A stretch of 64,000 nt of DNA from a virus (Duplodnaviria; Caudoviricetes): the IMG/VR virus record IMGVR_UViG_3300028591_008352, positions 1 to 64,000 of that record. The stretch is one strand, 5' to 3'. The notes under the pieces were generated by a model. The model had not been told where the DNA came from. It searched no databases and was given only the letters and a program-made list of their open reading frames with translations. Below are positions 1 through 8,085 of this stretch, one piece after another. Both the position numbers and the translations under genes were made by a program. Numbering within the stretch: position 1 is the first letter of the stretch; every line of letters begins with the position of its first letter.

Positions 1-141
1 CTCCAATTGCAATTAAGCGGCGACCTTCTTGCAGAAGACCTCAGACAAGTATTAGAAATCCTTGCCGAAATAACAGGCGGCGAAATCACCCCCAATGAAG
101 TATTAGGAAATATCTTTAAGCATTTTTGCGTCGGAAAGTAG
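1..141 (+). CDS. mnmE: 3' end of tRNA modification GTPase MnmE (partial, host gene; prophage integration target)
   Basis: Frame 1 reads ...AEDLRQVLEILAEITGGEITPNEVLGNIFKHFCVGK*, the characteristic MnmE C-terminus (LGEITG...IFxxFCxGK). Confidence 0.92.
   Translation, partial: LQLQLSGDLLAEDLRQVLEILAEITGGEITPNEVLGNIFKHFCVGK
122..139 (+). repeat. attL (core TGCGTCGG at 127-134)
   Basis: ATTTTTGCGTCGGAAAGT matches ATTTCTGCGTCGGCAAGT at 58942-58959 (16/18), and both read FCVGK-stop. Confidence 0.88.
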
Positions 142-285
142 AGCACTTTTTTCGTAAAACAAACAGAGTAAAAAGAAGTACAAAAAACTCAAATAACCAC
201 GATAAATAAAGGATTTCTTAAATATCGTTATAATTATATCATTTTTAGTTCATTTTATTCCATTTGTCATTTATTTGTTGTTATT

Positions 286-322
286 TTGTTGCTCGATACG
301 CAATAAGCAACAAAAGCAACAA
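286..322. promoter_or_regulatory. Putative integrase arm-type binding sites (TTGTTGCT / AGCAACAA x2)
   Basis: TTGTTGCTCG at 286-295 and AGCAACAA at 306-313 and 315-322. The same motif occurs twice inside attR (58862-58882). Confidence 0.55.
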
Positions 323-326
323 AGTT

Positions 327-1472
327 ATGACATCATCAGAACCAATCAGATTACGGAAACGGCTGCTCAAAGATGGCAGGCAATCACTTTACCTTGACCT
401 CTACCACAACGGCAAGAGGGAGTATGAGTACTTAAAGCTCTACCTCATCCCTGAGAAGTCCAGGGCTGACAAGGAGAAGAACAAGCAGACGATGAAGCTT
501 GCCGAGGCAATCCGGGCAAAGCGCATCGTTGACTATCAGAACGGAAAGTTCGGTTTCCATCAGAAAGAGAATGATATCCGCTTCTTCGACTACTACAAGG
601 CCATGTGCGAGAAACGCAGGGGCGGCCCTGAGTCACGCGGCAACTGGGGAAACTGGTACTCGTGCCTGAAGCATCTGGAGATATACGAGAAGAACCAGGA
701 TATCACATTTGCCGACATCACATCCGAATGGGTGCATGGATTCAAGAATTATCTGGAGATCAATGCCAAGGCGTGGGCACCGAGGTATGAGCGCGAACTG
801 GAATACCACAAGCTATCCAGGAACTCGAAGCTGTCCTACTTCAACAAGCTTCGTGCATGCATACATCAGGCTCTTGCAGACGGAGTGATAGAGCAGAACC
901 CGTTACGAGGTGTCGAGAACTTCAAGGCCGAGGAAAGCAAGCGAATGTACCTCACCATCGACGAGGTGAAGGCCATCACCAAGGCAAAGTGTTCTTCTCC
1001 TGGTGTGAAGCGTGCCTTCCTGTTCTCTTGCCTGACTGGTCTGAGACGATCCGATATACAGAAGATGACATGGGGAGAGGTACATCAACAGGGCGAGTTC
1101 GTGCGCATCATTTTCAAGCAGAAGAAAACCAACGGACAGGAGTATATAGACATCACGCCACAAGCCGCAGAACTGATGGGTGAACGCAGGAAACCGACAG
1201 ACAAGGTCTTCTATGACTTCCTGAGTGCATCACCAACCAATCATGCCATCAGGGAATGGATGCTTCGTGCAGGCATCACCAAAGAGATTACTTTCCATTG
1301 TGCCCGGCATACCTTCGCCGTCATGATGCTTGACCTCGGCACCGATATATACACCGTTTCGAAGCTCCTTGGTCACCGGGAGTTGACCACGACGCAAATA
1401 TACGCAAAAGTGCTCGACAAAAACAAGCAGGCGGCGGTTATGAACATACCAGATATAGGTCTTGAAAAGTAA
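327..1472 (+). CDS. int: Tyrosine recombinase (phage integrase, Arm-DNA-bind + SAM-like + catalytic domains)
   Basis: N-terminal LRKRLLKDGRQSLYLD, catalytic GLRRSD...TFHCARHTFA...LGH...TQIY. ATG 327 preferred over TTG 264. Confidence 0.95.
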   Translation: MTSSEPIRLRKRLLKDGRQSLYLDLYHNGKREYEYLKLYLIPEKSRADKEKNKQTMKLAEAIRAKRIVDYQNGKFGFHQKENDIRFFDYYKAMCEKRRGGPESRGNWGNWYSCLKHLEIYEKNQDITFADITSEWVHGFKNYLEINAKAWAPRYERELEYHKLSRNSKLSYFNKLRACIHQALADGVIEQNPLRGVENFKAEESKRMYLTIDEVKAITKAKCSSPGVKRAFLFSCLTGLRRSDIQKMTWGEVHQQGEFVRIIFKQKKTNGQEYIDITPQAAELMGERRKPTDKVFYDFLSASPTNHAIREWMLRAGITKEITFHCARHTFAVMMLDLGTDIYTVSKLLGHRELTTTQIYAKVLDKNKQAAVMNIPDIGLEK

Positions 1473-1480
1473 CCGTGAAT

Positions 1481-1719
1481 TTTGCCGCAGCAAAAGTATC
1501 GGCAAAAGTATCGGCAAAAGTATCGGCAAAAATCGAAATTTGCTGCACTATTTGCCGCACCTTTTGCCGACCCTTTTGCTGGAAGTTTGCCGCAACACGT
1601 TTTGCATCATTTGTGGTATGAATTGTTAAATCCATTAACTAAAACGCCGAAAACGCCGATTTTTCGTTTTGTTTGTCGCGGCAAAACTATCGGCAAACGC
1701 CGCGGCAAAAGTAGCGGCA
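1481..1719. repeat. Iteron-like array A (CGGCAAA/TTTGCCG, 12-bp period, head-to-head)
   Basis: Rightward copies at 1488 (degenerate), 1500, 1512, 1524. Leftward copies at 1539, 1551, 1563, 1575, 1586. A further cluster lies at 1679-1719, followed by an AT-rich tract and ATAGGGGTATGGGGAAAGA (1792-1810). Confidence 0.85.
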
Positions 1720-1812
1720 CCTGCTGGAATTTTGCCTATATATATAATATAATAATGAATAAAAAAATGATTAAATAATAGTAAGAGTAAAATAGGGGTA
1801 TGGGGAAAGATG

Positions 1813-1847
1813 AAAAAAGCGAGGCTGTCTGTTCGGCTTCGCTTTTT
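1813..1847. terminator. Bidirectional intrinsic terminator
   Basis: A6-GCGAGGCTG-loop-CGGCTTCGC-T5, a 10-bp stem between int and the convergent gene at 1854. Confidence 0.7.
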
Positions 1848-1853
1848 GTTTTA

Positions 1854-2138
1854 TCATTCCACATGTGACCTACGGAATTGCTTGCCCGTCCCGAGCATCA
1901 GCCATACCGCATTCACCCCGAAGTACTTGATTAGCGGAACCATCCATGCCACCTCGAAATATCCCTTGCCCATATCCGCACGCTGTGCGTAAAGGTGTCG
2001 CTTGTCGATACCATACGTGTCGCAGAACCCGTTCATTCCACCTGGCATCTTCTTTTCGTCGATAAGCAGCTGCAATGTATCAAAGAACCTCTGCTGGATA
2101 TCCAGAGTCTCTTGTTTGTAGGCACGTCTCTTGCTCAT
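1854..2138 (-). CDS. Small HTH-like DNA-binding protein
   Basis: 94 aa; GMNGFCDTYGIDKRHLY...VNAVWLMLGTG resembles XRE-type HTH. Third gene of the cI transcript. Confidence 0.6.
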   Translation of the reverse strand: MSKRRAYKQETLDIQQRFFDTLQLLIDEKKMPGGMNGFCDTYGIDKRHLYAQRADMGKGYFEVAWMVPLIKYFGVNAVWLMLGTGKQFRRSHVE

Positions 2139-2141
2139 AGT

Positions 2142-2483
2142 TCATTCCTCATATTTTCCAACAAGGTTTCTTTTGCTATCAATGACAACGCATGACTTAA
2201 TCGGTACATTGTGTGCCTTGGCCTTATCAAAAGTTTCCTTGGCGATTTGGCTTAAATCGGTACCTTTACGAGTTTCTCCAATATCAAGCGTCAATACAGA
2301 GTCCTTCAGAATTGGCGAGAAAGCCTCATAATCTTTAAGGAAGTGTTCATAATGAACGCGTTCCTGTACATCTTTGGCATGATTGACCGCTTCTTCATAA
2401 TATATACTCTCATTTGAAGATTTTTTCTCGCCACAACTGATCAATGCAGCTGACAGAATTAATGAAATTACCAATTTTTTCAT
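2142..2483 (-). CDS. Lipoprotein (superinfection-exclusion candidate)
   Basis: Lipobox LISC after a hydrophobic signal (MKKLVISLILSAALISC); directly downstream of cI. Confidence 0.7.
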   Translation of the reverse strand: MKKLVISLILSAALISCGEKKSSNESIYYEEAVNHAKDVQERVHYEHFLKDYEAFSPILKDSVLTLDIGETRKGTDLSQIAKETFDKAKAHNVPIKSCVVIDSKRNLVGKYEE

Positions 2484-2490
2484 AAGTATA

Positions 2491-3147
2491 TCACATTGTG
2501 TTCTTTGATATTGCTCCCTTTACTATGAACAGCTGCAGGATATCTTCTTTATCAATCTCAAAGCTGTCATAGTCCTTGTTCTCTGACACGCACAAAACAC
2601 GTGAATTGTCAGAACCCTGCCTCAGATACTTCACCATCCTGTTGCCTTTCTTTGTGATGACGAGGTAGACGTTTCCATAGTCGATGAAACTCTCAGTCCA
2701 TTGTTTCAGGATAATTATCTGCCCATTCTTGTATAGCGGAGACATGGAGTCACCGTATAGATTCACGGCATCCGTACAATCCTTGAACTCGGGGATTGAT
2801 ATGTCAATGAACCTTTTCGTGTCGTTGTCATTGAACAACTCAATTCCACCTCCAGTAGCATCAATGTCAACCCAGTACCGTATCATCGAGAACTGCTCGC
2901 TTTCGTCTGGCTCTTTTAGCATATCACCCTCACCCAAAATCAGCCACTGGAGATTAAACACGCTTCCGAACGCCTCATTGAAACGACGAAGGAAGTTATC
3001 AGTTAGTACATTTTCAACGCCCTTCATTGCCTTAGACACATTAGAAGCCGTTGACTGCATTCTGTTTGCCACTTCTTCTTGCGTATGAATTATCCCTCTG
3101 CTTCGGAGATAATTATAGGCCTTTTGAAATCTTTCTTTTCTGTTCAT
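2491..3147 (-). CDS. CI-like repressor (HTH + S24 autopeptidase)
   Basis: HTH (TQEEVANRMQSTASNVSK), NLQWLILGEG, Ser/Lys dyad in GDSMSP and MVKYL; start MNRKERF at 3147. Confidence 0.92.
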   Translation of the reverse strand: MNRKERFQKAYNYLRSRGIIHTQEEVANRMQSTASNVSKAMKGVENVLTDNFLRRFNEAFGSVFNLQWLILGEGDMLKEPDESEQFSMIRYWVDIDATGGGIELFNDNDTKRFIDISIPEFKDCTDAVNLYGDSMSPLYKNGQIIILKQWTESFIDYGNVYLVITKKGNRMVKYLRQGSDNSRVLCVSENKDYDSFEIDKEDILQLFIVKGAISKNTM

Positions 3148-3243
3148 AACCACTTTTCTTGTTGTCAAATTATTAAATTTTCTTAATATAACAATAAATA
3201 TTGCTATTTCTTTTTGTAATAACAAGTAATGTTGTTATCTTTG
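3146..3243. promoter_or_regulatory. cI/cro switch: operators ATAACAA-N6-TTG(C/T)TAT and rightward promoter
   Basis: Palindromes at 3188-3207 and 3219-3238, degenerate copy at 3146-3165. Bacteroidetes promoter TTTG (3213-3216)-19 bp-TATCTTTG (3236-3243). Confidence 0.75.
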
Positions 3244-3315
3244 CACCGACAACCGTTTAAAGTTGCGACAAAGATAATAATTTGGTGTGTAACGCGCAAA
3301 CATTTTTAAGGATTT

Positions 3316-3555
3316 ATGGAAGAAAAGACATTCAAACAAATTTACGAGGGAGTAGCAAAACGCCCACCACTCCCTACTCCACGTAAGGAGTTTCTCAGCC
3401 GAATAGCTGAGTTGACCAAGAAGTCGGAAACAACTGTTAAGATGTGGGTGATAGGCAGACAGACACCAGATGCCCTTACTCAATCGGTTCTTGCAAAGGA
3501 ATTCGGTATCCCTGCGCATATTCTATTTCCAACGAAGTGTGAGAATCCAATCTAA
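3316..3555 (+). CDS. Cro-like HTH protein
   Basis: 79 aa, divergent from cI; IAELTKKSETTVKMWVIGRQTPD HTH pattern. Confidence 0.8.
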   Translation: MEEKTFKQIYEGVAKRPPLPTPRKEFLSRIAELTKKSETTVKMWVIGRQTPDALTQSVLAKEFGIPAHILFPTKCENPI

Positions 3556-3561
3556 AAGCAA

Positions 3562-3577
3562 ACGCAATACTGGTATG
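3562..3577 (+). promoter_or_regulatory. sRNA target site 1 (ACGCAATACTGGTATG), ends on ATG 3575
   Basis: 15/16 Watson-Crick plus 1 G:U to 58778-58793. Confidence 0.75.
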
Positions 3578-3856
3578 AGAATTACGAAATCAATGGTATC
3601 GAAATGGCTCGATACCGAAAGCAAAAAAGGAAATTTCCTGATGGACGGCGAGGGTACCGTTACGAGACGGGAAGTCATCCTCATGCATACCATCATCCTA
3701 TTCGTTCTGGGTGGAGCCACCGCAATCGAGGATTCCATCTGGTTATCAGCTTTGTTCTTCATTGCCGCGTCTTTGGCAGTGAAGCGACTCAACAGGATCG
3801 ACAAAACCAAGCAATCATGGCAACAGAAGAATTCAACCAAATCAACGAGCGACTGA
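3575..3856 (+). CDS. Small membrane protein (2 predicted TM helices)
   Basis: MRITKSMVSK...; hydrophobic VILMHTIILFVLGGA and IWLSALFFIAASLAV; overlaps the xis start. Confidence 0.6.
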   Translation: MRITKSMVSKWLDTESKKGNFLMDGEGTVTRREVILMHTIILFVLGGATAIEDSIWLSALFFIAASLAVKRLNRIDKTKQSWQQKNSTKSTSD

Positions 3857-4110
3857 GCAAGATTGAACGCCTTGTCCTCTTGTCCTCAAAGGAAGTACTG
3901 ACTATCGAGGAGGTCAGCATCATGACCGGATTCACGGTAAGCAACATCTACCGCATGACATCCAAAAAGACCATCCCTTACTACAAGCCCCTTGGCGGCA
4001 AGATTTTCTTCGACAAGGCTGAAATCGAGAACTGGCTCCGTTCCAACAAGGTTGAGACGGATGCCGTGACAAAGTCGAGAGCAAAGACATATTGTGTAAC
4101 ACATAAATAG
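3817..4110 (+). CDS. Excisionase-like HTH protein
   Basis: KEVLTIEEVSIMTGFTVSNIYRMTSKKTIPYYKPLGGKIFFDKAEIENWL, a typical Bacteroidales Xis/HTH_17 pattern. Confidence 0.85.
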   Translation: MATEEFNQINERLSKIERLVLLSSKEVLTIEEVSIMTGFTVSNIYRMTSKKTIPYYKPLGGKIFFDKAEIENWLRSNKVETDAVTKSRAKTYCVTHK

Positions 4111-4117
4111 TGAACGT

Positions 4118-6103
4118 ATGAAAAATATCATTATCAGACAAATGACGCTTCTGAACTTCAAGGGAGTCCGGGAGCTGACGGTGGACTTCGACGAGCACGA
4201 GACGAACGTCTTCGGTGCCAACCACACGGGGAAGACCACCCTATTCGATGCCTTCGTATGGCTCCTGTTCGACAAGGACAGCCAGGATCGCCAGAACTTC
4301 GGCATCAGGACCTACGACGAGGACAACAACATCATCCCGAAGCTGCCGCATGAGGTGTCGGCCTGCATCGAGGTGAACGGTGTCGAAATCAACCTCAAGC
4401 GCTGCTTCGTGGAGAACTGGGTGAAGAAACGTGGCTCACAGGAAGCGGTATATGACGGTAACAGCGAGGAACGCTACTGGAACGACGTACCGTGTTCCAA
4501 GGCGGAATTCGCCAAGAAGATTGCCGACATCTGCGACGAGAGCATCTTCAAGCTCATCACCAACCCCCTTTATTTTCCATCAATGAAGCCAGCTACCCAG
4601 CGAGGCATGCTGTTCCAGATGGCCGGCGACCTCACGGACATGGACGTGGCATTGAGCGACATGGAGAGGTTCGCCAACCTCGCCGAGCAGCTCGGTCACA
4701 AGACGCTCGACGAATACAAGCGCGAGATTGCCGCCAAGAAGAAGCGCATCAAGGATTCCATCGAGACAATCCCTGCACGCATCGATGAGAACAAACGCCA
4801 AATGCCGGAGGCAGAGGACTGGTCGGCACTTGAGCGTGACATCAAGGAGAAAGAGGCCAAGATTAATGAGCTTGACGGGCAGATTGCCGACGAGAGCAAG
4901 GCTTATCAGGCCAAGTCCAAGGAAACTGCCGAGAAAGCCAAGGAACTTGCCGAGAGGAAACGCCAGCGCATCAACCGCGAGAATGCCGTGCGTGACCAAC
5001 TGCTGGCAGACTACTACAAGCAGGTAGAGGACTACAACAACCGCAAGATTTCCGCACAGCAACATAACTTCGATATCAGAGAGCGACGCAGGATTGCCGA
5101 AGCAGACCTGAGACGTGAGAAGGAGAACATATTGAAGCTACAGAGCGAGGTCAACGAGAAAGAGAATCGTCTTAGCAAGCTCCGGGAAGAATGGCGAAGC
5201 ATCAAGTCCAGGGTATTCAACCCAGAGAACCTTGAAACCGTCTGCCCGCATTGCGGCCGTCCTTACGACCAGTCTCAGATAGACCGCAGCATAGAAGACC
5301 AGCTTATTTCCTTCAATGCCCACACCACTCACTTGCTGGAAGAGAACAAGACCAATGGTAAGAAGCTTGCATCGGAAGTCGAAGCTCTGAAAGCCGCCAT
5401 CAATCAGGCTGAGGATATCAGAAATGAGAAGGATGGGCAGCTTGCCGGACTTGTTGAAAATCCGTTTACAGAGCCACAACCTGTAAAGCCTGACGTGACA
5501 GACGGCATTGCATCAGACACAGAGCTTCAGCAGCTCGACAACGAAATATCCGAACTGGAGGCAGAAATCGCAAAGCCCGTCGACAAGCCAGATACGGATT
5601 TCCTCACCGACGGGAAGAACCTTCTCCTTGAAGGCATAGCCGAGGACCGCCAGCGACTTGCAAAGCGCGATGCCATTGCCGCCACCATGAAGCGCATTGA
5701 CGAGTTGGAAGCAGAGTTGAAGGCCAACAACGGGACGCTGGCTGAGCTTGAAGGCATCGAGTTCAACATCCTGGAGTTCGGCAAGGCGAAGGTGGCCATG
5801 GTGGAGGACAAAATCAACGGTCTCTTCTCCATCGTCAAGTTCAAGATGTACGAGCGACAGATAAACGGCGGCGAGGTGGAGACATGCGAGTGCCTGATGC
5901 ACGGCACCCCCTACTCCGTGCTTTCAAACTCAGAGAAAATCAATGCCGGACTTGACATCATCAATGCCATCTGCCGAGCCAACGGCGTGTACGCCCCCAT
6001 CTTCATCGACAACAGGGAGTCATCCACGGACATCATCGACGTGGATTCCCAAGTAATCAACCTGATAGTTGACGCTTCTTGCAAGAAGCTCAAGTTTCAA
6101 TAA
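4118..6103 (+). CDS. Rad50/SbcC-like AAA ATPase with coiled coil and Zn hook
   Basis: LLNFKG, Walker A GANHTGKTT, central CPHC, LSNSEKINAGLDII, IFIDNRES. Confidence 0.88.
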   Translation: MKNIIIRQMTLLNFKGVRELTVDFDEHETNVFGANHTGKTTLFDAFVWLLFDKDSQDRQNFGIRTYDEDNNIIPKLPHEVSACIEVNGVEINLKRCFVENWVKKRGSQEAVYDGNSEERYWNDVPCSKAEFAKKIADICDESIFKLITNPLYFPSMKPATQRGMLFQMAGDLTDMDVALSDMERFANLAEQLGHKTLDEYKREIAAKKKRIKDSIETIPARIDENKRQMPEAEDWSALERDIKEKEAKINELDGQIADESKAYQAKSKETAEKAKELAERKRQRINRENAVRDQLLADYYKQVEDYNNRKISAQQHNFDIRERRRIAEADLRREKENILKLQSEVNEKENRLSKLREEWRSIKSRVFNPENLETVCPHCGRPYDQSQIDRSIEDQLISFNAHTTHLLEENKTNGKKLASEVEALKAAINQAEDIRNEKDGQLAGLVENPFTEPQPVKPDVTDGIASDTELQQLDNEISELEAEIAKPVDKPDTDFLTDGKNLLLEGIAEDRQRLAKRDAIAATMKRIDELEAELKANNGTLAELEGIEFNILEFGKAKVAMVEDKINGLFSIVKFKMYERQINGGEVETCECLMHGTPYSVLSNSEKINAGLDIINAICRANGVYAPIFIDNRESSTDIIDVDSQVINLIVDASCKKLKFQ

Positions 6104-6128
6104 TATTCACCAATAAACACTTATTCGT

Positions 6129-7058
6129 ATGTCACAACAGCAACAATCAGCGCCCAACGGCGCAACGCAGCAGCCCAAGACGGCTGTAGTGAAGTTCGAG
6201 AACGTAGCCGACCAGGTTCTCGAGAAGGTAAAGAGGTTCACCGACGACGGCGGTCTTGTATTGCCAAGGAACTACTCGGTGGCCAACAACCTCAAGTCGG
6301 CATGGCTCATCCTTCAGGAGACCAGCGACCGCAGCGACAAGCCAGTACTGGAGGTATGTACGAAAGCGAGCATTGCCAACGCCCTGTTCGACATGGTGCT
6401 GCAGGGCATGTCAGTCAGCAAGAAACAAGGCTATTTCATCGCCTACGGAAACAAGCTGGAGTTCCAGCGTTCCTACTTCGGCACCGTGGCGCTGGCCAAG
6501 CGCGTACAGGGAGGCATCGTTACCGAGCCTGTCGCAAACGTCATCTACGAGGGTGACGAGTTCATTTACACCATCGACCCGAAGACGGGCCTCATTTCCA
6601 TCATCAAGCACGAACAGAAGCTGGAGAACATCGACGACAGCAAGATTAAGGCTGCATACGCAATCGCCACCTATGCCGATGGTAAGACACAGACCACAAT
6701 CATGACCATCGACCAAATCAAGAAGGCTTGGAACCAGGGAGCCACCAAGGGCCAGAGTCCGGCACACAAGAACTTCCCTGCCGAAATGTGCAAAAAGACC
6801 GTCATTGGCCGTGCATGCAAGATGGTCATCAACAGCTCTGATGACGCATGGCTCTACGACGGCAAGAAGGATGAGGACGATGTGGATGTAGCACAGCGTC
6901 AGCGTGACGCAGAAGTGGCAGGTCGTTCAGCTAACAAGCTGGAAGATGCCGAGTATGAGGAAATCTCAACGGGAGCTGCAGGAACCGCCGAACCTCAGCA
7001 ACAGCAGCCTGCGCCAGCCCCATCAGCTCCTGCCAACGATGATGACCCCGGTTATTAA
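6129..7058 (+). CDS. recT: RecT-family ssDNA annealing protein
   Basis: SIANALFDMVLQGMSVSKKQGYFIAYG...FQRSYFG, EMCKKTVIGRACK, acidic tail. Confidence 0.9.
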   Translation: MSQQQQSAPNGATQQPKTAVVKFENVADQVLEKVKRFTDDGGLVLPRNYSVANNLKSAWLILQETSDRSDKPVLEVCTKASIANALFDMVLQGMSVSKKQGYFIAYGNKLEFQRSYFGTVALAKRVQGGIVTEPVANVIYEGDEFIYTIDPKTGLISIIKHEQKLENIDDSKIKAAYAIATYADGKTQTTIMTIDQIKKAWNQGATKGQSPAHKNFPAEMCKKTVIGRACKMVINSSDDAWLYDGKKDEDDVDVAQRQRDAEVAGRSANKLEDAEYEEISTGAAGTAEPQQQQPAPAPSAPANDDDPGY

Positions 7059-7079
7059 CCCATTAAAGCCAGACGAAGT

Positions 7080-7835
7080 ATGAAACTGCATATCCTTGGA
7101 AGTAACTCTCTCGGCAACTGCTACGTTTTGGAGTCCGCCAGCGGCTCTTTAATTATCGAGGCAGGTGTACGGTTTCTGGAAGTGAAAAAGGCTCTCAGAT
7201 TCAAAATAAACGGCATTGTCGGGGCAATCATCAGCCACCATCACAATGACCACGCTAAGTATGTCAGCGAGTTGGCAACTTCCGGGATTCTTGTTCTGGC
7301 ACTCTCTGAGACTCTTGAAGCCAAACAGCTGCTCGGCGCTCCTTTCACCAGGGCCATCGAGCCGCTGCACGGCATCAAGATAGCCGATTTTAAAATCATG
7401 CCTATTGCCCTCGACCACTCCAACAACGACGGTTCCCGATGTCCATGTGTCGGCTACGTGATAGATCACCCAGAGTCTGGGCGTATCCTGTTCGTTACAG
7501 ACACGATGAAGCTTGACACTATAGTACCTCGCATGAACCACATCATGATTGAGGCCAACTATGCCGATGACATTCTGACAAGGAACATAAAGAACGGAAG
7601 CGTACCGCCTTCCATGCGTCCGAGGCTGCTGAAATCACACATGGAACTTGGCACGACCAAGCTGATACTGCAGGACAACGACCTCTCTGACGTGAGCGAC
7701 ATCATACTGATTCACCTGTCTGACGGAAACTCCGACGAGAAAAGGTTTGTCCGTGAGGTTTCGGAACTGACTGGCAAGTGCGTGTACGCAGCCAATGCCG
7801 GCATGACCATCGACCTATCAAAAGACCCCTACTGA
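7080..7835 (+). CDS. MBL-fold metallo-hydrolase (probable exonuclease partner of RecT)
   Basis: LGSNSLGNCY, SHHHNDH, TDT, IEANY, SHM, LIHLS motifs. Confidence 0.88.
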   Translation: MKLHILGSNSLGNCYVLESASGSLIIEAGVRFLEVKKALRFKINGIVGAIISHHHNDHAKYVSELATSGILVLALSETLEAKQLLGAPFTRAIEPLHGIKIADFKIMPIALDHSNNDGSRCPCVGYVIDHPESGRILFVTDTMKLDTIVPRMNHIMIEANYADDILTRNIKNGSVPPSMRPRLLKSHMELGTTKLILQDNDLSDVSDIILIHLSDGNSDEKRFVREVSELTGKCVYAANAGMTIDLSKDPY

Positions 7836-7836
7836 C

Positions 7837-8085
7837 ATGGAAATATGCAAGACGGATGTGAAAAACATCATCCAGTTCCTTGAAGAGGCAGACGCCATCA
7901 TCAAGGCGGAGGTGGCCAGAATGGAAGAACTCGGCAACAGCTCGCTTCGGCTACAGAACCGCGCAAGGCTCATGCGGCTCATGTCAAGGAAGCTGACAAA
8001 GAAACTCAATAAAACATCAATTCAGAACAACAATGGCAAAGAAGAAAGTTCCCATCAAAGAGAAGGTAAAGACGCGGAAGGATGA
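7837..8085 (+). CDS. Hypothetical phage protein
   Basis: 82-aa ORF in operon, overlapping the next gene. Confidence 0.55.
   Translation: MEICKTDVKNIIQFLEEADAIIKAEVARMEELGNSSLRLQNRARLMRLMSRKLTKKLNKTSIQNNNGKEESSHQREGKDAEG

Noticed and set aside
1481-1719. Regular repeats as a possible CRISPR array (also 26610-26779 and 21739-21794)
   Set aside because: Repeat units are 7-12 bp with 5-10 bp gaps; no 25-45 bp repeats with unique spacers, and no cas genes.
1482-1778. 98-aa ORF MPQQKYRQKYRQKYRQK (and antisense ORFs 1230-1529, 1438-1635)
   Set aside because: Translation artefacts of the 12-bp iteron array.
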